A DNA stretch of 59,522 nt, filler included, from Sphacelaria rigidula (lineage: Eukaryota), in assembly GCA_964200075.2 (NCBI GenBank). It is 4 parts of 4 records of this genome, joined end to end, with 100 filler letters (N's around TTAATTAATTAA, not from the genome) between each part and the next. Parts side by side here need not be neighbours in the genome. Positions count along the whole stretch, not along the records: positions 1 to 14,807 come from CAXNAA020002036.1; positions 14,908 to 29,713 come from CAXNAA020002037.1; 2 more parts are not named here. The stretch is one strand, 5' to 3'. Both the position numbers and the translations under genes were made by a program. The notes beneath the pieces are model-generated. The model did no database searches, had not been told where the DNA came from, and was given only the letters and a program-made list of their open reading frames with translations. Below, in pieces: positions 12,201 to 21,400 of this stretch; within the stretch, counting starts at the first letter, position 1; each line of letters opens with the position of its first letter.

Positions 12201-13942
12201 TGGACATACTTGAAAATGAACACCAAGTACCTCATGAGATTTGACGCTTGCACGCCTTGACCGCAATACTCCCGAGGGCAACTGCCACCCTGACTGCTGT
12301 CTTTGTTTGCTTCACCCGGGCCAAGAACGTCTTCACTTCGTATCCCTGACCTCCTGGGTCTCAGCCCACCAGGCTCCTGTCATGGGCGCAAAGAAGAAAC
12401 TCCCGCAATTTCGTGCTGAAGATCCCCTTGCCGACCACTCTGCCACTTTGAAACCACCCCTGCAATCGGCACTGTATGTGTAGTCACACCTGGGAATGAA
12501 CACCATTTACCTGAAAAGAGTTGTGACGCCTGCCTGGCTTGCACAGTATTGCTAGTCAACTTCTCGAGTGTCCTATCCCGTTCACTGCGTGTTTTACTTA
12601 CTTGTTGAATGTTGAGCTGTGTCCCTCTCTGGCTCTCCCTGTACTGCAGCTACCATAGTGGTTTTTGTGTGCAATAACGTTTATGCGATTATATGTGTGC
12701 GTCTGGGCGCGTGTGTTTGTTGAAATCAGGTGCGGGCCACCCAGCTGACCGAGAAGGTTGCGTTGATGAAGAAGGCCGTAATGCAGTCCAAGCAGGAAAC
12801 TATGCACCTGTTCGGCAAGGTGCCGGGGGAGGACTCCCTGGTGTCGAGGATTAAGAACTGGGCGGACAAGATTAAGAAGCTTGAGGTGATGAGTACGATG
12901 TTTTTTTCCGTCTTTCATGTCATCTACCACGTCGCATTATAGAAATTGTTCTTCTTTAGTGTAGTGTCATGTTTGAATTATTCATTTTTTTGTGGGTATG
13001 TTTTTTCGTTTTCCATTTTCGTTTTTTTTTTTCAACTCAAGCTCCCTTGCTCCAGCGAGTGGGCTGGCCGTCTGTTTCCCCCTTTTGAGTTCCGTTTTCG
13101 TTCTTGTCTCATGACCACGGTACCGCTGCGTTCGTAAGGAAAAAGTTGATCATGGGAGATGGCGTCCTCATCGATCCATCGTCATCATCCAAGATGCCCC
13201 CATGTCTCTCAATTTGTGATCGTAGGCCTCCTCTCGGATAATAATCAGGTATTGCCATTCCATAAGAAGCTGCGTCGAAACAGCTCGTCAGTCCCAATTG
13301 AAGTCGGCCAGTAAACCGTGTTTTCCATATTTTCTATTCGGCACAGTCCCACCCTGGCTGTAGGCTTGAGTGTCCACAGGCTCTCGCATGTCTGCTTGGT
13401 GTGGTATTTACGTTGCCCTCTAGAACTACACTCGAGTATTCGGCAGTGCAAACTGTCTTGAAGTTCGTGTGATGTGACTGAACGGGCGCACTTGTTGATT
13501 GTCAAGAGAGTCATTTGTTTTCAATCGATTTGCTTGGTCTTCGGTTGAGAGCCCCGTCATGTTTTTCATTTGTGCAGGTTCCGTGTTTCGTTTTGTTTTT
13601 TTGTTGACGGGATGGACTTGCAGATTTTGTACCTTCGTTTGCCTTCTCAAATAAGACGGGGCGGTGTGTGTGCGAGCGACAGACAGGCAGACAGAGCCTT
13701 TTCATGCGAAGACCCCTGTGTCGCAGCTGCATTTGCCCCTTTGCTCTGTTCCAGTGATGATCGCAAGGGCATGGTCCCATGCTATGAGTTCATGTGTCCG
13801 TGGTTTGTTTCGTGTTTTGCAGATCTCCATCCGGGATAGGGACGACAACAAAGAGGTGTCGCTCAGCACGTCCAAGATTAACTACATGGACCCGCGCGTC
13901 AGCATCGCCTGGTGCAAGCGGCACGAGGTGCCGGTGGAGAAG
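3351..13942 (+). CDS. TOP1: DNA topoisomerase IB (Top1), partial gene: 10 exons joined in frame (1647 nt, 549 codons); N-terminal exons and last exon lie outside the contig
   Basis: Exons 3351-3422, 4029-4178, 5323-5547, 7166-7357, 8794-9107, 9832-9967, 10569-10700, 11206-11355, 12730-12885, 13823-13942. All are AG/GT bounded and phase compatible. Motifs: [75 protein letters not shown]. Confidence 0.96.
4029..4178 (+). CDS. TOP1: Top1 exon ([17 protein letters not shown]...KEELT)
   Basis: cccag acceptor, ACG|gtgagt donor, 150 nt in frame. Confidence 0.92.
5323..5547 (+). CDS. TOP1: Top1 exon (HKYSYAIVD...[16 protein letters not shown]...QHDPS)
   Basis: tag acceptor, TCG|gtgaga donor, 225 nt; conserved [10 protein letters not shown] motif. 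Confidence 0.95.
7166..7357 (+). CDS. TOP1: Top1 exon (VTWLAKW...[23 protein letters not shown]...KQ)
   Basis: aag acceptor, CAG|gttcgt donor, 192 nt; VTWLAxW and KYxxL..S..KG..D..KY motifs. Confidence 0.94.
8794..9107 (+). CDS. TOP1: Top1 exon with catalytic Arg and Lys ([10 protein letters not shown]...FLGKDS...FDYLDP)
   Basis: cag acceptor, phase-2 donor AG|gtgaaa, 314 nt. Confidence 0.96.
9832..9967 (+). CDS. TOP1: Top1 exon ([24 protein letters not shown]...AEK)
   Basis: tag acceptor; first T completes AG|T Ser codon; AAG|gtgacg donor. Confidence 0.95.
10569..10700 (+). CDS. TOP1: Top1 exon with catalytic His ([16 protein letters not shown]) and start of the linker
   Basis: cag acceptor, CAG|gtgtgt donor, 132 nt. 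Confidence 0.95.
11206..11355 (+). CDS. TOP1: Top1 linker exon ([14 protein letters not shown]...[14 protein letters not shown])
   Basis: ggcag acceptor, AAG|gtgcgt donor, 150 nt, phase 0, GC3-rich codons, helical K/A/E composition. Confidence 0.82.
12730..12885 (+). CDS. TOP1: Top1 linker exon (VRATQLTEK...[14 protein letters not shown])
   Basis: atcag acceptor, GAG|gtgatg donor, 156 nt, phase 0; ends in the KIKKLE helix preceding the C-terminal domain. Confidence 0.87.
13823..13942 (+). CDS. TOP1: Top1 C-terminal-domain exon with catalytic Tyr (TAC at 13883-13885)
   Basis: [40 protein letters not shown]; tgcag acceptor, AAG|gtcagc donor. Confidence 0.96.
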
Positions 13943-14807
13943 GTCAGCTTTCCTGTGTGTGTGTGTGTGTTCCCCCAACGTTGCACGGAGGATATCACCC
14001 TGGGGAGAGGGAAAACAGACCTGAACTTTGTCGCGAACTATAGCGATAGAGTTCACCACTTGGTCGGTTACAATTCCCCCAGGATTTCATCATTTGTTTT
14101 GTGCGAACACCCGATATTCGAATCTTTGAGGCTAACGGCCCTCAAATGGTTCTCGTCAAAATCGGCCCGTGCGGCGCCGACTTGAGGTCTACGAACGCCA
14201 CACGTCACCTAGGAACGCACTTTGCACCCCCTCTCGCCCGAGGGTTCTCGGCATGCCTCGGTCGGGGTAGGGGTTCGGGTTAGCGCGAGTTCGAGACAGT
14301 GTATTTCCGAAGAATGTTTCAACTGCAGAGTCTTGAGGCGCTGTAAATTTCATGCCGTTGGGAGCGTCTCGTCCGATGGTGCGGTGGTACCACGACGGTG
14401 CAAGATATCGCGTAGAAGAGAAGGTCAAGGTGCAAGTATCTATCCGCCCCGGCGCCGGATGATGGAGTTACTCTCCGGTAGACCACGTTTCACCTAGTTT
14501 GACAGCGTCGTCCTCTCCCTCCCTCTCTCTCTCTCTCTCTCTCTTTCGCGAGCAAAACCAACGCACCAAGTTGGTTGGCCTGCTGAATACCGTGTAGACT
14601 TGATCTTGTTGGACAAATGTATCTCTCGTGAGGAGTCGTTCGCCACGGAAGCAAATTGAATATGCCTCCCCCCCTATGCTCCGTCTCGAAAGGGATGCGT
14701 GGTCAATGGTCGAACGACTAAGGCAAGCAACAAATAAGAACGCCCCGAGCCCCCCCCCCCCCCCCCCCCGCAGCCCGCCGCGCCCGAGGACGAAGGGAAG
14801 ACGGGAG

Positions 14808-14907
14808 NNNNNNNNNNNNNNNNNNNNNNNNNNNNNNNNNNNNNNNNNNNNTTAATTAATTAANNNNNNNNNNNNNNNNNNNNNNNNNNNNNNNNNNNNN
14901 NNNNNNN
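14808..14907. other. Artificial contig linker N44-TTAATTAATTAA-N44
   Basis: Exactly 100 nt; the 12-mer has stop codons in all six frames. Confidence 0.98.
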
Positions 14908-15299
14908 ACTACCTCCACCCTCCCCGCCGTTTTTGGGACCAGTCCACACCCTGGATAATGGGATATAGATTGCATTGTCAAAACGTGTACTGCGTACGGT
15001 ATGGAATCTTTTGTCTATTGCAATAGACGCAGCAGTCCATACGTAACGCAGTATACTTTCGGACAGTGTAGTCTATTGTCCAGGGTGTCGACGAGTCTGC
15101 ACTTTGCTGGGGAAAATCAACATATCGATCAATCTTCCGGCTATTGAGCATTGGATGATGGCCACTCCCGCAGCCCATCGACTTCAATTTTATTATTTTC
15201 GTTTTTTCGCTTTTTCGTTGTTTAGGGACGATTGAACCCAGAAGGGAACACGAGAATACTGCTCTAGTGTCATCAGGGTTGAAGCCGTAAACGAAATAG

Positions 15300-16132
15300 G
15301 CAGCCTGAAGGTTTTGTCGAAGATCTATGGTCGATGTTTTTGAACAAACTAACAACAACGCTAAAACCCTAACCTGAACCCCGACCCAAAGCGTACAAGA
15401 CCGTCGGGCAAGGGGGGGACATACGTTCCCCTAGGCATATTGAGCGTCGGCAGACCTGAAATCGACGCCGCAAGCGCCGATGTCGACATACAGTAGTGGG
15501 CGGTCTAACTATTTAGGGGTGTTTAGGGGTTTTCGTCACGTACTACTCTTCGATAGAACTCGAAATTGCTAGCGTCGGTAGATTTTGGTACAACAAAGCA
15601 GATCATCCTCGAAACACAGTGCCCAAGCCAGTGTTAGTTGGTGTTATCGGGCGAAAAGAGCAAATATCCCGTTCATCAGGAGAGTGTTATTGACCGTGAA
15701 ACACAGTTTTCCGGCCCTAGTGCAATGAGTAGGTAGAATTTCGAAAAAATAAAACTGTACATTTCTTAACAAATATGATCGGGACGGGTTAATCGACCGA
15801 AAATACAGAAGAGTAAGAATCTGGGCTGAAACGTGGCAGGACCCCCGATGACCGGTCAGCCCGTAAGTCACCCGATATTGAGTACAGAGAATTTTTCTTC
15901 TTGAAATTTGGAGCAGATACAAACATCTTCAGATCCCCGATGTGATCGGCGGTGGCAAGCGAAAAGAGTCACAGAAAATCGCCAATTACGAACAAATCAC
16001 AAAATGCCACAAAATGAATAGTTAGACCGCCCACTACTGTAAGCCCCCTTTTTCCCAGAACTTTCTCAATTCTAAAATCAAGTAGTCGTATTGTTAACTA
16101 TAGATATACGGCCAAAGTTTTAGGTCTACTGC
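15300..16132. mobile_element. Second, inverted copy of the hairpin/TTAGGG element, interrupted by the 549-bp MITE
   Basis: Reverse complement of 15330-15490 and 16045-16132 aligns by eye with 26330-26500 and 25817-25875 plus 26244-26275. Confidence 0.65.
15491..16039. mobile_element. Tc1/mariner-type MITE, copy 1 (549 bp)
   Basis: 23-bp TIR cagtagtgggcggtctaactatt, TA target duplication; homologous along its length to 37768-38314 in the opposite orientation. Confidence 0.92.
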
Positions 16133-16285
16133 AACAAACCTGCCCATGTTTGTGTTGTACGGTACGGGTTGGGAGGGGATGTAGATGCAAAGTGTTGATG
16201 ACTCAAGTGTTGGGTGTTGACAACCCAACCTAGACATGTGCCGTTAGTTTTTAGTTTTTCTTTTTTACCACGGAAAAAAAATTAA

Positions 16286-16410
16286 CCCTTTGGGAACTAG
16301 AACCCCAGGGAGTGCTGATTTTTGTTCTGGTGGATCGGCATCATGTTCANNNNNNNNNNGGATTCATAATGTTTGTCATGATGAGAATCAGCACTTGCGT
16401 TCCCAAAGGG
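16286..16410. mobile_element. piggyBac-type MITE spanning a 10-N gap
   Basis: TTAA-ccctttgggaac ... gttcccaaaggg-TTAA: perfect 12-bp TIR with TTAA duplication. Confidence 0.8.
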
Positions 16411-16622
16411 TTAACAATAAGTTTTGGTTGTTTTGAGCTTGTGTGTTTTTTTTTCCCAAGTTCTTCACCGCAGAACACGCAGACTGCGTGGGTTTAGCAT
16501 TGAGTTTTTTGTAGTTACACTGAAAGATCACAACATGTTGTGTACTGTACTGTTCTGTTTTTTGTTTTTTATATCCTGGGTCTTTTGTTGTAGACTTGCA
16601 CATGAACTTTCGATCATGATGT

Positions 16623-17363
16623 CATGGGCCGGACGAACGAATGATTCGTCTGGAAATTACTTTATTTTAGTGTAATTGATATGTGCCGTATGATTCAATC
16701 CTTAGACTTCGTTTTCAGCGTTGCAATTCAGTTACACCCAGCCCAGGCATGTGGAATGGCGCAAACTTTGCGTGGAGAACTCTTTGATCAGCGCTCAACT
16801 TTGTTCTTTCTTTCGAGTAGTCACGCCCCTTCTTATAGGCCGAAAAAAGTCTCCCTGAGAACTGCCCTTTTATACCTTTTATCACGGATTATTGGTGGAA
16901 TACGAGCCTTGGCGGATTTGGCCTCCTCGGGAGGATTCGCTTGGCGGATTTTTCACGAGGACTCTAGCACACTTTTCCGATTGTTTGTACACCCAATTTT
17001 CGTTGTGACCGTTTCCTGAATTTCTTCAGGCCCCATAAATCGTCCGGTTGTCGGAAAAAATACGTACTTTTTCCCGACAACTCCAAGGTTTTGGGGGCGA
17101 CTAAAAAAACCCAGTATCCGGCCAAAAGTAAAACTGGGCGTACGAAAGATCGGGCAAGCGCGCTGGAATCCTCGTGAAAAGTATAGCAAATCTTTTCGAG
17201 GAGGCCCAACCCGCCAAGGCCCGTATTCCGCCAATAATCCGTGATAAAAGATTCAAGAGGGCAGTTCTCAGAGAGATTCGTTTTCAGTCTATAAGAAGCG
17301 GCCTCAGGCATAAAAAATCGTGAATTTTTGTGATTCGAACCGGCGATGATTCGTCCGAACCGT
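16623..17363. mobile_element. Short-TIR MITE (host of 16824-17303); second copy at 27851-28112
   Basis: About 190-bp homology atgattcgtctggaaattac...tggcgcaaac.ttgcgtgg; both copies end gattcgtcc.aaccgtg. Confidence 0.6.
16824..17303. mobile_element. Foldback MITE with about 115-bp TIRs, PIF/Harbinger-like, nested in another MITE
   Basis: Arms 16824-16940 and 17186-17303 are inverted copies; 3-bp tca on both flanks. Confidence 0.72.
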
Positions 17364-17546
17364 GCATCCTTTGGCCCTTGTTGCGTCGTCTCGCGGTGTC
17401 TTTGGTTGTCTTGCGTTGCCTCGCGTTTTTTCCCCGTGCCTTGCACTGTCCGCGCTTGTTCGGTACGCCGACCTGCGTAGTTCCCCTTTTTTGCGCTTCT
17501 CGGCCTTTACATGGCCCGCGTACCTGTAACCGACGTTTTTATCATG

Positions 17547-17790
17547 ATTATTATTATTGTTATTAGTATTATTACTATTATTACTATTATTACTATTATT
17601 ATTAGTATTATTACTATTATTACTATTATTACTATTATTAGTATTATTACTATTATTAGTATTATTAGTATTATTAGTATTATTAGTATTATTAGTATTA
17701 TTAGTATTATTAGTATTATTAGTATTATTAGTATTATTAGTATTATTAGTATTAGTATTAGTATTAGTATTATTATTATTATTATTATTA

Positions 17791-17824
<34 letters not shown>
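17547..17824. repeat. Compound trinucleotide microsatellite (ATT with ACT/AGT variants)
   Basis: Direct inspection; explains the poly-N/I/L ORFs in the track. Confidence 0.97.
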
Positions 17825-18224
17825 GTTCTTTCGAGTCGGCCGTACATTTTTGTGATTTTTTTCTTTTTTTCTCTATGTAGACGTATTTGTAGGAGGATCC
17901 CGCCATTTGAGGCGTCCTGTTTCCATGTTTGTCGGCGTGTTATTCGATGTTTACCTGGCGTGCTGTCTTTCGGTGCCATGGATTTGTGATTGCGGGTGCT
18001 AGCTTTCTGGGCAAGGGCTCATGTGAGAAACAACAACGCACACAAACACCCACACAAAAGCGCACACTAACATCATCTCATCGTCACACCATCACATTAA
18101 TTCATTGTCACATTGTCACATCATCATATCACCTCATCACTTCATCCCCTTATCACACCATCTCACACACACACACTCACTCACGCACACACTCACGCAC
18201 ACACTTACGCACACACTCACGCAG

Positions 18225-18477
18225 GGAAGAGTTATCGCAAGATCTAAAGATCGGGGATATCGTGGAGAGACACATGGAGGACGGTGACGTGGTGCTCTTC
18301 AACAGACAGCCGTCGCTGCACAAAATGTCGATCATGTCTCACAGGGCGAAAATAATGCCGTGGCGCACGTTCCGCTTCAACGAGTGCGTGTGCTCCCCGT
18401 ACAACGCCGATTTCGACGGAGACGAGATGAACATGCACTTGCCGCAGACGGAGGAAGCTAGGGCCGAGGCGGCTGAG
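18225..18477 (+). CDS. RPC1: RPC1 exon with NADFDGD catalytic motif
   Basis: gcag acceptor, GAG|gtgctc donor; [10 protein letters not shown] is characteristic of Pol III rather than Pol I or II. Confidence 0.95.
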
Positions 18478-21400
18478 GTGCTCATGTCTTATATCTTAAA
18501 TATTGTGCTTATTATCTCCGCACATTAGCTCGATCTCTCGAACCCGTGGTCACAGATATAGGCTCGCCTTTTCAGTACCGCGATTGCAAATCTTTTCATG
18601 ATATAGAAGTGCACAATTATTTTCTCACGTCAGCCCGATTTCTCGAACCCGTGGTCACAGGCGTAGGCTCACCCTTCCAGTACCATCACTACTTCTACTA
18701 CTAATCCTTGCATGATATAGAGGTGCATTATTATCTGCGCATATTAGCCCGATATCTCTCGAACCCGTGGTCACAGATGTAGGCTCGCCTTCCCGGTACC
18801 GTCACTACTACTACTTATCCTTACACGGTGAGGTAGAATGCGCTTATTGAGCGGCTTCTTCTGGGACTCCAAAACCCCCAGAACAAAAGCAGAACAATGT
18901 AAAGTAATTAAGAAGGCAAGAGAACAGAAGATGAAATGAGGGAAAAAAAAGAAGAAATATCTCCGAGCTGGTCAGAGGTGTGACAAAACAAGCAATTCAG
19001 ATCTGCCAACAACGTGAAGGAACTGGAGAGACGTGGTCGTGTGAGTAAAGCAATAAGAAGTGCACCCCAGGAGAATGTACGGATACCACCCGAGAGTTCA
19101 AATATCCCCAGGTACCCACGGAGGCAGAGTATTTTTTTGTACATTGAAAAAATAATCCCCGGCAGACGCAATGAAAACGTGTGTGTGTGTGTCTAGTTTT
19201 TTACTTCCCACACGGAATCACCGTACGTTTTCGTACTCTGCAAACGTTTTCGCACCGTCACAACAAAAGCCCGGCAGACGCACTGAATACGTATGTGGGT
19301 GTTAGGTATTCTAGTTCCCACACGGAACTACCGTACGTTTCCAGACTCTGACAACAAAGTCCAATAATCGTCGTGGTTTGTTGTCGGGTTTTTCTTTTTA
19401 GCTGCGCTTCGCGAAACGGTCTCTCCCTCTCTCTCTCTTTCTCTCTCTTGTTTATTGTTCAGCGGAGATCTGGTATTCGTATTACTGCCGTCGCTTTGCT
19501 CTTGATTCGACAGTGTTGAATGTACCGCGCCTCTTGTCGTAGGCGAAGGTATCTTACCCTGTTGGAACCGTTGATGAAAAAAAATGACGATTTACAATTG
19601 ACGCTTCCTTGGGCAAGATATGGTTGTTTTTCTTGGAGTGTTGATGATCCAGCCCACCAAAACGGTACACCACTCTAAGTTCAACTATACTAATGTGACA
19701 GATTTTTGCACCGAAGTCCTAGTGACGTTTTCCCGGTGACGAAAGCTGGCACATATGAAAGTTTGTACTGTTTTTCGCGAGTTCCAAAAATGTCAACTTA
19801 GCCCGGCGCGTCCGACAAGCTTCGCGCTCGCTTTTGTTTTGTTAACTCTACCCACAAAGTGACCCTTGGGTTTCGCAAACTCTGAAATATGATTAGTCCA
19901 ATGTGCTTTGTTGTCGACTTTTGTTCAGGTATACCGCGTGAAACGGTCTCCTTCTCTCTCTCCCTCTTTTGCGGACATTTCGATATTACTGTTTTGCCGT
20001 CGTGTTGTTGTTGGCTCTGTTCATGTTGAACGTGCTCCGCCGGGCGCGGCAGACGGGGGAAGCGTTTAGGCCGACGTATCCGACCTGCTTGTGCTTAGAA
20101 TGTTCGTGTTATTCTGCGCACGGAGTAATAGCACCGCCGGTTTCTCTCCCTACATCCATTCAAACGAAATACGTCGGAGTTCTTCTACTTCCAAGTATTT
20201 GTTTTTTGATGTTTTCAGTTATTTTCGAATCAAAATGACGCCGATTCACGAAAACAAAAATCGTCAGTGGGATCCGAAAGGGTTAAGCGAATACGCCACG
20301 AAAATCCGCCACGGTTTCGACCCCCTCCCTGTTTTGTCGTGTTGATAGTTATCGGACGATTTCACACCACACCCTGGAAAATATGTAGTCAAATGTGGTC
20401 AATAACTTCAAAGTTGACAAAAACTGTACTGCGTGAAGTATAGGCCTCTTGCGACTATTGCCGGCCGAAAATGGCTGCAATAGGCCTATACGTTGCTCAG
20501 TACGTTTTGTTTTTGTGAATTTTGCAACTGTTGACCGTATGTTGTCCGGAGTGTAGGCGATTTTGACTTTTTCTCTGTTCTTTGCAGTTGCCGGACGCTT
20601 TTGATCTCTCCCTGTGCTTATCTACAGTACTGTGGATACGGTACAACAAAACCACGCCATGACACGGCTGCCTAGACACTGCCACATATATATGTATATA
20701 TATATATATTTCTTGCTACCTTTCCCCCCCTTGTTCGCGTGTGCTCTTTTGCATCGCCGGGTGTCGTTGCTCATCTCTACTCTGCAGCTGATGGCGGTAC
20801 CATACAACCTGGTCACGCCACGGAACGGAGAGCCTTTGGTGGCGGCAACGCAGGATTTTCTTACGGCAGCTTACCTCATCACCCAGAGGAGCATCTTTTT
20901 CGATCGCGAGGTGCATGCCATAATCCAGTGTGTGTGTACGTGTGTGTATATGTGCGAACGTCGGGTGGCAGCTGCGAAGAGACACGGTTTGGCTGACCAT
21001 CCATCAACTCATCAGTTCTTCCCTTTCCCTCGCCAGCTCTTATTATTTCGTCAAATATGTCAGGGTTCATGTGATCGCATCGATAAAGAGCAGAGTTTTC
21101 CAGGTGCCGGGGTGATCATGGCATGTTTTACCATACGAAGCGTCGTTCCAAACGAGCGTTTCAAACTTCTCGCCGCCGGAATAAAGAAGGAGCGATTCGC
21201 GAGAGAATTTCTATGCGCTCCTTGTGGAGATCTGCAGTCGAACTTGCGTGTGCATCTCACGGTCACGTGATGGCAGTTACGTGTCAGGGTTATGTGTCAC
21301 GGTTATGTGTCACGGTTACGTAATCATGGGTGGGAGCAGAGGAAGGAACGAGCATTCTTTAAGAGCCATCGTAGCGGTCGTGACCTTGCGTGATCCGTGG

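Noticed and set aside
14265..14286. True telomere or chromosome end
   Set aside because: Only 3-4 degenerate units, internal to a dispersed repeat.
14852..14863. TTAATTAATTAA as a biological motif
   Set aside because: Six-frame-stop spacer embedded in Ns, repeated identically three times.
17304..17906. Poly-Asn, poly-Ile and poly-Leu ORFs
   Set aside because: Translation of an ATT microsatellite.
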